Shown: positions 1 to 12,177 of the stretch, in pieces | How the letters are laid out: each line of letters opens with the position of its first letter | How positions within the stretch are numbered: position 1 is the first letter of the stretch | Assembly (NCBI GenBank): GCA_977018835.1 | Contig: OZ361257.1 | Location: forward strand, 186,001 to 250,000 | Reading direction: 5' to 3' | Source: Minutocellus sp. GHC0000111 | Lineage: Eukaryota | DNA: 64,000 nt | Made by a program: the position numbers and the translations under genes | The notes under the pieces: generated by a model | The model's input: only the letters and a program-made list of their open reading frames with translations | Told to the model about the DNA's origin: nothing | Database searches by the model: none

Positions 1-19
1 CAATGCTACTACTTTCATC

Positions 20-2117
20 TTGCAAAAATTATCATGCTCGTCGTCAGGTGTCCCCATCAATTCGCCGCATGTGATTGTGTTCTCCAATGGTACAACTGTC
101 ATCCTGCGAAAGATGGGACCCGTACATACCATCGTTCTCGCCAAACAATTCACTCATTCCAGGGCTCCAAGTAAATTGTTGCACTCTGCTGCAAGATTTG
201 GACGACGATGACAACGCCTTCTTGGTAGAAATTATCATGCTCGTCGTTGGGTGTCCCCATCGATTCGCCGCATGTGATTGTATTCTCCAATGGTACAACT
301 ATCATCCTGCGTCCTGCGAAAAATGGGACCCGTACATACCATCGTTCTCGCCAAACAATTCACTCATTCCAGGGCTCCAAGTAAATTGTTGTACTCTGCT
401 GCAAGATTTGGACGACGATGACACCGCCTTCTTGGCAGAAATTATCATGCTCGTCGTCGGGTGTCCCAATCGATTCGCCGCATGTGATTGTATTCTCGAA
501 TGGTACAACTATCATCCTGCGGAAGATGGGACCCGTACATACCATCGTTCTCGCCAAACAATTCACTCATTCAAGGGCTCCAAATAAATTGTTGTACTCT
601 GCTGCAAGATTTGGACGACGATGACACCGCCTTCTTGGCAGAAATTATCATGCTCGTCGTCGGGTGTCCCAATCGATTCGCCGCATGTGATTGTGTTCTC
701 CAATGGTACAACTATCATCCTGCAAAAGATGGGACCCGTACATACCATCGTTCTCGCCAAACAATTCACTCATTCATGGGCTCCAAATACATGCCGTACT
801 CTGCTGCAAGATTTGGACGACGATGACACCGCCTTCTTGGCAGAAATTATCATGCTCGTCGTCGGGTGTCCCCATCGATTCGCCGCATGTGATTGTGTTC
901 TCCAATGGTACAACTATCATCCTGCGGAAGATGGGACCCGTACATACCATCGTTCTCGCCAAACAATTCACTCATTCCAGGGCTCCAAGTAAATTGTTGT
1001 ACTCTGCTGCAAGATTTGGACGACGATGACACCGCCTTCTTGCAGAAATTATCATGCTCGTCGTCGGGTGTCCCCATCGATTCGCCGCATGTGATTGTGT
1101 TCTCCAATGGTACAACTATCATCCTGCGAAAGATGGGACCCGTACATACCATCGTTCTCGCCAAACAATTCACTCATTCCAGGGCTCCAAATAAATTGTT
1201 GTACTCTGCTGCAAGATTTGGACGACGATGACACCGCCTTCTTGGCAGAAATTATCATGCTCGTCGTCGGGTGTCCCCATCGATTCGCCGCATGTGATTG
1301 TGTTCTCCAATGGTACAACTATCATCCTGCGAAAGATGGGACCCGTACATACCATCGTTCTCGCCAAACAATTCACTCATTCAAGGGCTCCAAATATATG
1401 CCGTACTCTGCTGCAAGATTCGGACGACGATGACACCGCCTTCTTGGCAGAAATTATCATGCTCGTCGTCGGGTGTCCCAATCGATTCGCCGCATGTGAT
1501 TGTATTCTCGAATGGTACAACTATCATCCTGCGAAAGATGGGACCCGTACATACCATCGTTCTCGCCAAACAATTCACTCATTCCAGGGCTCCAAATAAA
1601 TTGTTGTACTCTGCTGCAAGATTTGGACGACGATGACACCGCCTTCTTGGCAGAAATTATCATGCTCGTCGTCGGGTGTCCCCATCGATTCGCCGCATGT
1701 GATTGTGTTCTCCAATGGTACAACTATCATCCTGCGGAAGATGGGACCCGTACATACCATCGTTCTCGCCAAACAATGCACTCATTCCAGGGCTCCAAAT
1801 AAATTGTTGTACTCTGCTGCAAGATTTGGACGACGATGACACCGCCTTCTTGCAGAAATTATCATGCTCGTCGTCGGGTGTCCCAATCGATTCGCCGCAT
1901 GTGATTGTGTTCTCCAATGGTACAACTATCATCCTGCGAAAGATGGGACCCGTACATACCATCGTTCTCGCCAAACAATTCACTCATTGCAAGCTCTGAT
2001 CATTGGAAGAAACGTGATTCTCCTTGTAGTCTGTGCTTGTGCCCTTACCTAGCTAGGTACGTACAGAAGTTCCTATTTTCACCTTGTAGGTACGTCGAAT
2101 GTGAATATACACATCTT
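20..2117 (+). repeat. Tandem array of a 202-203 bp unit (~9.7 copies) followed by a ~130 bp single-copy tail
   Basis: The unit start (G/A)AAATTATCATGCTCGTCG recurs at about 25, 228, 438, 641, 843, 1045, 1248, 1450, 1653 and 1855. The tail TCATTGCAAGCTCTGATCATTGGAAGAAA...GTGAATATACACATCT spans ~1985-2117. Confidence 0.97.
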
Positions 2118-2153
2118 ACATCCACCATGCTCATCGACATACATGTAGGCCTA

Positions 2154-5100
2154 CCTTACGAGTTCAGAGGATTTGAAAGTGACGTGATGATGACGTATTA
2201 GAAACACGACAACACCAGACCAAAAATCCAAGCTCACTTTTTCTAACTCCGAGGAATAAATGACGGCCAAGATGGAAGTCGGGGCAAGAACCAAGTTATG
2301 GTCGTCACCAACTTCTACATATAGTCGAGAGATATTGTGCACCAGAACCAATAAATGTACATTATGTGATGATTTTTTTTCGACATTTGCATTCCTCACC
2401 CCGGGAAAAAACACATTTTTGGAAGCACCAAATCAAAATGTAATGAATAGAAATGGACATGCTATGATAAGTTATAGCAAATCAATGACTCCATCGTCTT
2501 CATCATTTTCATCTATGTCGTCCTCAATGTCATCATCTTCGCCGGGAGCATCAATTGGCCAGAGTGGTTCACCATCCTCTTCAGCTTCTTCCTCGGCAAT
2601 TTTTGCGAGACCAGCCTTTCCCCGTCTAGTCTCCACAAGATTGTTACCGCCACGACTTCTCTTGATGTTGTTATATATCACTGGAAGTTTTCCAAATACA
2701 TTGAGAAAGGCCTCTTTTGATGCGACATTGGCCCATACTTTCATCACAGTCTTGTCAAGAGCATTCGCATCATTCTTCTGACCGCGATGCTCCTTTTCGA
2801 CGGCCGACTGCAAAGACATCCAGATGCCGAGATCAAGAACATTTGTCTCGGGCGACCGAGGAACCTGCTGGATTATCTCAATCTTATATTTGTTTTTGAG
2901 GTCCTCGGTGTACTTCTCAACTGCTTCATTGGACCCATGACCGCCGGCATTATCCATCATAAGATGCACAACATCAGACTCCTGAATATTTTGTGGATCC
3001 CACTTCACCCAATGATGTGCGTCTCGAATCGCCTTCCCGACCTCATTCATAGTCTCCAACATCCATTTGGAGTCGCAGCTACAGTCCTTGGTAACCTTAT
3101 CGCCCCGTTGATACCGCACCCCGAGCTCAAGGTCGTCGATCTCAACCTTCACCTTCTCTCCATTGCTATCAGGAGTGTGTCGCTTGAGACTCGAGATCTT
3201 TTGATTGCAGCCAACAGCGGCATGCTTGCGACTTTTTGCCTGACCGTCGGATTCATAGTCCTCGTATTGAAGTTCCAATCGCTCTGTAACAAACTCAGAA
3301 AGGCCGTAGATTTCGGCAATGTGGTCGCAAAGATGGCCGGCGGTCATGTCAGCATTCTCGTCGTAAATGTCTCGCCAATCTTTGTCATTTTTTAGCGCAT
3401 CGTTGACCTTAGCATCTGGAGAGAAATTCTGATTACGCGTAAGCTTTTCCACCTTCTGCTCCCTGGCGACTCTCTTGATCATGATGCGCCCATTGAAATC
3501 AACGTCTTTGGTTTCATCCTTCATTGGTCGGCCAACAACTCCAAGACACATAACTTTGACAGGGTGTCTTCTGGATCAAATTTTCGGGCTTGCCTCGGAA
3601 GCATGGATAGACGCGAGGTTCGGACTACTTAGTTCTTCGTCAGAAAGTGGCAACATCTTGATCTTTCGTCGCCGAGTAGTAGTGTAAAACCACTTTTCAT
3701 CAAGATACGCTACAGGAATGTTGGGATCGGTCGTAATGTCCTCCCACTTTTCGATCCAATCAAGTCGCTTCCTACAATGTTCGGGGGTGAGCCTCGGCTT
3801 CTCGATCGACGACTTCTCCTTACCGCCTTTCTTTTTCCACCAGCGAAAAAGCTGAAGACGATGGAGACTAATTGTCAGCCTATCTTCATCTGGAGTAGCT
3901 GATTTTGCGCTCACACAGTCAGCTAGCTCCTTAAAGGTTGCCATCGCACCCTTCATCCGAGTAGCACACCGACACAGCTCGCGGAGATATCCTGGCTCCT
4001 TCTCCTCGATCATGTCCGTGTATGCCTTCCTTCCACGAACCTCCTTTCTGCCGATGGGATTGCTGATGCCATCAGTAAGGCTTTTGTAGAGCTGGTCTCT
4101 CCACTTGTAAAGCTGAGAACCACCGACCGGTTGACTTGGCATAACCGTGATCGTACGCAACTTGCCGACACGCGGCAGTTGCAATTTGTTGCCGGTCTTC
4201 ATACGTGCGAGTTGGGTCGCCGCATCCCCACCAATCCGCGAGAGCCACGGCGCTGAACCGCATTCTTTCATTCGCCTGCTTTTCTTTTCTGATTGGTATT
4301 GGTTCGGTGACGGTTGCATTGGGACGAGGAGGACGGAGCATGTCATCGTTGGCCATCCGAACAACAAAGTCGAGGCCGAGAGCGACCTTTACCTGTTCAT
4401 CAATGTCACTGGAGGTGGCACAGACAACGGAAGTATCGGCTCCTCCTAAACCTTCATCATTGGGGGAGGCTGCAGCTGCTTCAGTGGCGGAAGCATCACC
4501 AGTTCCCTTCAGTATGCTGAGGAGACTTGCTGGCATCCAACCCAGTTTCTTGGCCTCGTCGACTAGTGATTTTGCTCTTGCTTCGCAATGCGCTGACTGT
4601 GCCTCCTTTCTGTGAGCTGACAACCTCTCACCTAGCTTAGTAGCTAAGACAGTCGAGCGCCCAGAGAACAGAACTTCATCGGGATTTCTTTTCTCGTGCA
4701 CCTTCTGTCCCTCCGGTCCAGAGAATCTCGGGTGGTTGTCCTCCTTCTTTTTTACGCAACCTGTGAGCACAAACATGAAGCGCCCTGCGTCTTGTCTTCC
4801 CTCTCGGCCGACACGTCGACAAGTGCAACTTCAAACTACAATGCTCCTTGAGATGTTGCTGCATATCCTTCCATTTTTCCTCGTTGTACTGCAGCTCATA
4901 CTTTCCTCCACCGACGGACTTGGAACGCAACAAGTCGGCCTCGATGAAAGCAGGGAGGACGTCTTCCCATTTCTGCCGAGAACCAACACAAATGTCATCT
5001 TTGCCGCAGGAATCGGGGGTTACTCTCCACCACAGATCCTTACCAGCCCTTCGAATGACATCTGCTGCAAGGAGAAAGGCCATGGGGATAGGAGGAGGGG

Positions 5101-5600
5101 CCGTCCTCTTCTTCGCCGACGACGGTGACGGCTTGGCGGGCGAATTTGACCGTGGCCGCTTCTTCGACGTGTTTGCGCTCGGCGATGGTGTTTTCGGCTC
5201 AGCTGCCGCCTTTGCCGCCTTCCTGGATGCCTTGGTGTTGCCTCTCTTGCTCCCTGAGAACGAAGTTCTGCTGCGTTTGTATTTTTTGGGCGTGGTCTGG
5301 TTGGTCGTCGTCATCGTCACAAAATTTGCGGGTTGCGGTGAGGGTGTGCAGGGGACCAAAAAATGTGTGTGTTCCTGCCAGAATCTACTGGACCTGCGAA
5401 TTCAGTGGATACTACTGGTCGGTGGCAACCTACTGAATAAGCAGGTCCAGTAGATATCCACGAGTTGAGGAGTATTTGCGTTCCTCCCGAAGAGAATATC
5501 GACTAACAAAACACGTGGTGGGAAATGAGAAATGGGTGCAAGAATGACCTATTTTAGGGGTTATTGGTATACCCTCTACAAATCCTCTGAAACCGAAAGG
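2154..5600 (-). mobile_element. IS630-Tc1-mariner DNA transposon (DD39D type), full length with TIRs and TA target-site duplication, decayed
   Basis: Left end is TA|CCTTACGAGTTCAGAGGATTTG (TA at 2152-2153). Right end is CAAATCCTCTGAAACCGAAAGG|TA (TA at 5601-5602). The inverted match is 19/22, and the ends enclose a transposase. Confidence 0.9.
2472..5359 (-). pseudogene. DD39D mariner-like transposase, disrupted
   Basis: Catalytic motifs are YLDEKWF, MMDNAGGHG and PRSPETNVLDLGIW, with 39 residues between the second and third Asp. It is split over ORFs 4676-5359, 4072-4776, 3576-4367 and 2472-3551 by two frameshifts and an in-frame TGA at 3576-3578 (PKI*SRRHPVKVMCLG). Confidence 0.88.
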
Positions 5601-5699
5601 TACACATTTAAATGCATTAGATCTAATGATGATGCTCATCTGCATGCATGATGATAAATCGGTGATGGGCTCGGCCCGACATGGCACGGCACGGCACGA

Positions 5700-6340
5700 G
5701 GGATTTTTAGTAGCTGCATGGTAGATCTACTGGTAGATCTACATCATTTTCAAATACCACCACATTTCTTGCATGTACATAGATCTAGATCTAGATAGAC
5801 TATAGATCTATAGATCAATAGATCTACAAAATGTATACAGTCCTGTAGAGTCTAGCACAAATAATATAGGCACAGAGTGCAGATAGAGAGGTTTCCATAC
5901 ATGTAGTTCGTCTAGATCTATGCAACATGTACACATTAAGATCTAGAATCTACGTAAAAACGTTTATCAAATTGTCATCTTGGGGACAAGATCAACAGCA
6001 CATGTACCGGTAGATAGATCTGGAGATCTGGGAGGTCTCTATCTATCTACACAATTTCAACACAACCACCACCAACAACACCAACACCAACACCAACAAC
6101 ACCACCATATGTAGATCTACCGATCCACACATGTACACACATTAGAACTACCTGGGTTTGTTTCAATGGAGGCTTTCACTCTAATAGATCTAGTGGCTTC
6201 ACATGTAGTCCCTCACCACCGCGGTTCACCAAAGATCACCAGTGCCAAGGAGTCAGATCTAGATCTAGATCTACGTAAAACATCAACAGATTTACAGTCC
6301 GAGCTCACCTAGATCTAGATCTACGCACATGTAAGCAATT
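5700..6340. repeat. Low-complexity tract rich in TAGATCTA/TACATGTA modules; includes a GAATCTACGTAAA-type element end at 5946
   Basis: Repeated TAGATCTAGATCTA, TACATGTA and TACCGGTA. TA|GAATCTACGTAAAAACGTTTATCAAATTGTCATCTTG at 5944-5981 is shared with 13226, 45599 and 61810. Confidence 0.8.
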
Positions 6341-6659
6341 AAGACTCTGGCAATAGGTCTTAAAATTGCTCACATTTGCCAACTCCTAACATCGGTTGTC
6401 TGGGCTAAGCACCACGCTTTTGTGTGCCTGACGTGTCAAGTGCTATGGCTAGGTACCGGTAGGTAGATCTCAGGAGATGAGGAGAACGGCAACTCTGGTG
6501 GTGCTATGTCGGTGTTTTGAATTCCAACGAAGCAAGGTTGACATGGACATCAACATTTGTGTGGATGCCACCATTGCATTCTGTTGTTATGTATTTTGTC
6601 CTCTCAACGTGCCTGAAGACAAAACCAACACAGTTTTGATGTGCTATGTTTGCCTTTGA
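6247..6659 (+). repeat. Dispersed repeat containing a CAGTCC-type TIR end at 6295; inverted copy at 18685-19084
   Basis: Nearly identical to the reverse complement of 18685-19084. Both copies give the spurious peptide MRRTATLV...NTVLMCYVCL. Confidence 0.9.
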
Positions 6660-6894
6660 CGATAGTTTGATCCAGTGCAAAGGCCTCTCGGGGCGAATAA
6701 AAATAAAACATATGCAACCATTTCAGAATAAGCTCAGCCCTGGAAAATGCTATGCTTAGCAACAGCCAAAACTTCAGCCCTTGACTCAAGCACACATGCA
6801 TGGATTATATGCATGCTTATATAATGGGGACGGGCTGTGTAACATATTGACTCTAGAAGAAATTTGCATGCATGTACATGTTCAATTGATCTAC

Positions 6895-7057
6895 AGTCCG
6901 TGCCCGGTTATGAGGATGTTTCATATCCTGGCATGGTTCGGCCCAAACAATTCCCTCATTCTAGGGCTCCAAATAAATTGTCGTACTCTGCTGCAAGATT
7001 TGGATGACAATGACACCGCCACGAGGATGGCGTCCCTTCATCGATTCGCCGCATGTG
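6895..7057 (+). repeat. CAGTCCGTG-type MITE end fused to a fragment of the 203-bp repeat unit
   Basis: TA|CAGTCCGTGCCCGGTTATGAGGATGTTTCATATCCTGG resembles the end at 63121. It is followed by CCAAACAATTCCCTCATT...CATCGATTCGCCGCATGTG from the tandem unit. Confidence 0.75.
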
Positions 7058-7231
7058 GACCTGAAACGTCAATTGGGGCACTCCGTATTTTATTTGAATT
7101 GAATTGAAAGATTGGCAGCTGTGGTTAGACTCTGGTTTACTTTTTTACCACAGATAACTCCTGGATTGGCCGCTGTGCTGATCATCCCAGGAACGTTAAT
7201 GTATCGTAGTAAAATGTCATCTAGCATGCAA

Positions 7232-10200
7232 TCAAATATCTGTCATGCGGCATCTGAGAGCTATGGACATAGATTGTAGCTCCTGGAAGAGAAGCTTGCA
7301 CGCGTATGGAAGGCGAATATCGGCAACCTTTTCGCCAGATCGACAGTATTGGCACCAATTCTGATACTGTAACAAGCCACAGGTTAGACATACATTCGCG
7401 CTGAAAGCATCTGATGAATGCATTAGGCGTTCCATGATTAAATTGCTCGCTCCGTAGGCAATGAGACAATCTCGCTCCATCTCTCCAAGACGCAATCCCC
7501 ATCGCGAGATCTACCTTCGGTAGGCTGCCGGGTGAGGACGGCCCGGGGTCCTCTTGCCCGAGCATGCATCTTATCTAGCACCATATGCTTCAACTTTTGA
7601 TAAAAAACAGGACCAGAAAATATGTATGCATCAAGAAGCTCCCCACTCGTTCCACTGTACAAGACATCCTTTCCAGTGTAGTTTATTCCATGCCGAATTA
7701 GAGCTTCCGACGCAAGACCGGGCAAGTCGGCTGATCCAAACTCTTCTCCAAACGCCGATGCATAGGCCTGACGTCCTTCATAGACTCCTGCTTTTCCAAC
7801 GAGTAGCTCTATCAATTTTCCTACGGTCATTCTGGAAGGAAATCCATGAGGATTCATAATCAAATCGGGGGGGTTGCCATTCTCGTTGAAAGGTAGATCT
7901 GTCTGAGGAACAATGAGCCCACAAACACCTTTTTGGCCGTGACGAGAGGCAAATTTGTCGCCGATCTCAGGCCTGCGAACCTGCCTCAGCATCACTTTGA
8001 TCAAGAATTGTTCGTTTTCATTTGATGTGATCAGGACCTTCTCTACGTGGGACGGTGCTCCGTTTCTATAGGATAGGCCAGAGTACTTGTAACTGATAGC
8101 ACTGATGTTCACTCCATTTCCATGCAAACCGTAATCGATACCACCGACTGAAGCCGACGTATCAGTGGGCGATTCTTTATTGACCATCACTGAACCACCA
8201 GAGACCTTTTCTCCGACAAGACAAATGCCGTCTTCGTCAATTGGCTTGAATTTGGCAAAACGTTTGTCCTTTTCACCATCAGGAAAGGCACTAGCATCAG
8301 GAGGACCGCACGTTCTATCTTGTGTTCCGTTGGCGTATCGTCTAACGCTTGTCTGGTGCTTCCGTAAAACAGCACAACGTCCAAATCCCCGATCTATTGA
8401 CGCCTTGTTCAAGATTACAGCGTCTTCGATATCATATCCGCTGTAAGACATTACGGCAATACAGGCGTTTTGACCACCGGGTATGTTATCGAAATTGATA
8501 AGATCAAGGGTTCGAGTTTTCACCATTGGTTTCATTGGATAAATCATGGTATAAATCAATCCGTCCATCCTCGCATACTGATTCATGGATATTGCACCAA
8601 TGGCCTGCTTTCCCATAGCTGATTGGTAAGTGTTCCTTGGCGATTGGTTGTGGTGGGGGTATGGAATGAGACCTGAAACTACACCTAGAAGAGTCAGTGG
8701 ATCAATCTCAAGATGTGTGTACATCATCTTCCTAGCCACAGCAGTTGCAGCCCCGGAAATCGAATCAAAAGCATACAAATCCAAATCTTTCTCGGTCACA
8801 GCAATGAAACAATTGTTCTCTTCATTAACATCAACGTACGCTACGACACCTTGACGGAGCAGGTCACAAACATTGATAGCTCCTGAAACAAGCCCCTCCA
8901 GATGGAATTGCCTCAATTTTGGTCGCCCCGTCTGCTCGTCATCAATTCACAAAGGACGACAAACTCGACCCCCATCAGTTGCTATGTGGACTGCTTTTTG
9001 ACCTTCGTGCAGATATACAGAAACAAATTCTCCAGCATGACCCTGCCGCCGCATCGTGCGGAGCATCTTTACCAAACAGTGAGGTTTGGTATGTGCCCCT
9101 ATGATAAGACCATTCAAGAGAACCAAAAAGGTACTATCAGAGTTGATCTCATTGCCAGATAGCATGTTCACATCTTCAACTCCAAGATCTCGACAAAGTC
9201 TCTCTATTGGCTCCGTATCCTCATCGGTAGTAATGTGGGCAAGGAGAGCTAGATTCTTGACGAGCCCACATGCCTCGCCCTCGGGTGTGTCTGCTGGACA
9301 GAGCATGCCCCACTGACTTGGTTGGAGGGATCTTGGTCCTGACACCTTGCGAGTTTTCTCGAACTGACTATTTACTCTCGTCATCATACCCAAGGCCGAA
9401 ACGTATGATAATCTGGACAAAACCTGAGTTACACCAGCCCGGTCCATTCGAAAACGCTTCAGCACCCAATTTCCAGTGGATATTGCAGTGACCATACCGT
9501 TGGTTATTGTATCGGGCCGGATGGTTTTGACAACATCAAATGCTTGAGCTCGGTTTGGTTTGGACAGGACCATGTCTGCCTGTCGCTTCAGATCTTTGTT
9601 GAATAGCTTGAAGAGGTCCTCAAAAAGTAAGGAAAGGAGACTCCCAGCCAGCTCCAAACGCATATTCCCATAGTAGTCTTTCTCATCAAGCGGGGCCTTA
9701 CCCAGGTGGGCCATAATCACTCGGCGTACAATGTGGCCGATGTAAACACATTTCGCTCGAGAGTTAAAATTGACAACAGGAACATGGCTCAGCACAACAT
9801 TAGCCAAAACATCTCGAGCTTCATCTTCTATAGAAGATGGTTTGCGGAACCAAGCGCCGGCGCCTCCCTTCACCCCTACTGCCTGGCCTCCGAGACTTAT
9901 TCTACCGCGAATCTTTGTGCCAATGAAACGCAATGCTTGCATTTGAGTGGAGATACCCAAGCGACAGGGCTCCTCCATGGAAAGGGCCAAAGCATCGACA
10001 ATTTCCGGTTCTGAACCAACAAGGTGAACTACTTCCATGTCGGACTCAACTCCCATTGCCTTCAGGATGACTGCAATGGGTATGTCTTCACCAAGAGTAT
10101 TGCTCCTCATGTACACCTTCCCCCCCTTGACTAGAATGTATGCCTTAGACTTGCGCTCATGAGTAGAAGAGGTGATGGATGCAACTACGCAGCCCTTACC

Positions 10201-11231
10201 ATCCTCTTCGAGAATCACTCGATTCTTGGAGAGCTGCTCTTGGACGAGAATCACCTTTTCCACTCCCTTGATAATAAAGTACCCGCCAGGATCGTAAGGG
10301 CACTCACCCATCGCTGCCAGCTGCCGCTCCGTCTTTCCGGATAACAGACATTTTGACGACCCAAGCATGAGAGGTATTCTACCAACAGGGACCTTCCTCT
10401 TCATCACAATCTGTCGTCCACGAGTATATCGGATGTTGACGTAAATTGGAGCGGAATAAGTGCAATCTCTCAGCCGGCACTGAGACGGTGTTGCCTGAGT
10501 CGAAGCATACGAATCCTCGTCAACCGATGGTTCTCCGACCCAGCAGTCCGTGTAGCGAAGATAAAACTTGGGATCATGTTCACTGCGAATCTCACAGGCA
10601 GACGGAGACTTGGTGGGAAAGAAAAAAAACGTGCGAATTTTTGTGAGCATAAACATAGAGCGAAATGACATGATTGGTGTGCATGCACCTTGCGGTTCGT
10701 CTACAGAAACCACAGCGACAAGCATGATGTGACCTGCTAGCTTGGTGAAAAGCATCGACAAACTCAAATCAAATCAAATTTAACAACAACCCTTACCTGG
10801 ACAATTTGCTTCATCTCAACGTTGACGAAGTAGTCAAAACTATCAATGTGCTGCTTCATCAGGCCTCTTAGCTTGAGAAAGTGAGGCAGCAGCCTCCATT
10901 TGTCCTTGAGCGATCCCACAGGCATGTCAAGAGGCGGAGGAGTGCCCTGGTGCGGCCCTTCTCCTGAGACTTCGCCATTACCTGGAAATCTAGAAGCGAC
11001 AGCGGGATTCGTCGAGAGATGATGTGAGGGTGGTGATGGTGCCTTCTTTCTGTCGATCCTGCTAAGATCCAATGGGCCACAATTTCTCGCTGCAACGCCT
11101 CTGCTGCTTTCACCAGGGAAATTATTGTCAGTTGCACAACTCTTCACATTACTTTCGAACCGATCAATATCTTCAATGAGAGTCGATCCGTGTATCTTCC
11201 CAAAGCCCTCGGTCGGAAATGAAGACTTCAT
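7232..11231 (-). pseudogene. RPC2: RNA polymerase III second-largest subunit (RPC2/POLR3B), disrupted as assembled
   Basis: Motifs: [67 protein letters not shown] and [17 protein letters not shown]. Intron at 10609-10796 (GTAAGG..AAG). In-frame TGA at 8947-8949 (CRPL*ID) and a frameshift at ~7497 in RSRDGGLRLGEM. Conserved GNKRL reads GNMRL. Confidence 0.92.
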
Positions 11232-11339
11232 CCGAGAAAGAAACAGGCGATCGTGCCGAAAAAGGAAATCAAACTGGAGGATGTCTGCTCCTCGGAGGTA
11301 GTGATTTCGATGGCTGGTGGTCTTTGGTCTGGCCGTCGT

Positions 11340-11520
11340 AAAAACTAGCTTACGCAGTACTCTACTACGTACGTACTAGTAGCTACGTAGAAGCTAGCTA
11401 GAGCACCCTACACTGTAGGCACACACGTAGAGTGCTCTACACTGTAGGTACGTAGGCCGTAGGCCTAGCTACGTACGTAGCTAGTACGTAGTACATGTAG
11501 TTTCGAGCCAACCAATTGGT
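11340..11520. repeat. Array of TA-bounded short palindromes upstream of RPC2
   Basis: TACTACGTACGTACTAGTAGCTACGTAG, TACACTGTA x2 and TAGGCCTAGCTACGTACGTAGCTAGTACGTAGTACATGTA. Confidence 0.85.
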
Positions 11521-11753
11521 ACCGGTATATATGTAGGCAGATGCACAGATGCTCCTCCTACATGTATGTAGCGGTTGGCTTTGCTGGTTCTACTTCCTTC
11601 ACTTCTCATCGCCTGATTATGTCGATCTTATAACCAATTGGTACCGGTATATATGTAGGCAGATGCACAGATGCTCCTCCTACATGTATGTAGCGGTTGG
11701 CTTTGCTGGTTCTACTTCCTTCACTTCTCATCGCCTGATTATGTCGATCTTAT
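11510..11753 (+). repeat. Tandem duplication of a 122-bp segment
   Basis: AACCAATTGGTACCGGTATATATG...GTCGATCTTAT occurs at 11510-11631 and again at 11632-11753, identical as far as I can read. Confidence 0.92.
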
Positions 11754-11819
11754 AAACGTCTACCTAGTACATGTAGAGGAGGTGCCAAATTAAGGGGCAG
11801 TTTGATGTTGGTTTTCAGT

Positions 11820-11976
11820 GACTACATGTAGATCTAGATCTAGATCTAGAAAATTGTCATACACATGTAGTAGGTTCCTATGTACATGTAGATCTAGCTA
11901 GAGATCTACCTAGGTAGAGCTAGCTAGAGTCTAGATCTCTAGAGTCTAGATCTAGCTAGCTAGATCTAGATATCTA
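11820..11976. repeat. Dense TAGATCTA/TACATGTA/TAGCTA/TACCTAGGTA module tract
   Basis: Examples: TACATGTAGATCTAGATCTAGATCTAG and TACCTAGGTAGAGCTAGCTAGAGTCTAGATCTCTAGAGTCTAGATCTAGCTAGCTAGATCTAG. Confidence 0.88.
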
Positions 11977-12177
11977 CATCAAGTCTTTGCTCCAAATGTA
12001 ACGGGGGACAGCAACGATGGTGCTTCTGGTCCATTCCAGAATGCCTACAATACTTTCTGTAGAGGAGGTGCCATCCCGCTCGTCATCGGAGCATACGGTG
12101 AAACAAATGAAGACTTTCAAGAGGTACTGAAAGTCTGTGCTTGCATGGCGGTAGCTCGGGGGGTGATGCAGTATATA

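Noticed and set aside
20..2000. CRISPR array or protein-coding repeat
   Set aside because: There are no unique spacers and no cas genes. The 202-203 bp unit is not a multiple of 3, so the many listed ORFs are frame-cycling artefacts.
1993..2012. Hammerhead ribozyme core in the array tail (CTGATCA...GAAA)
   Set aside because: The core needs CUGANGA, and flanking stems and the cleavage triplet are not evident. The repeat unit itself has no core on either strand.
7232..11231. RPB2 (Pol II) assignment
   Set aside because: KWRLLPHFLKLRGL..QHIDSF, EQLSKNR, KHMVLDKMHAR and DCLIAYGAS fit RPC2 better than RPB2.
11340..11976. Vector polylinker or adapter contamination (clusters of BglII, XbaI, PciI, AgeI, SnaBI and StuI sites)
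   Set aside because: The words occur throughout the window, inside native repeats and one exon, and are nearly always TA-anchored. There is no vector backbone.
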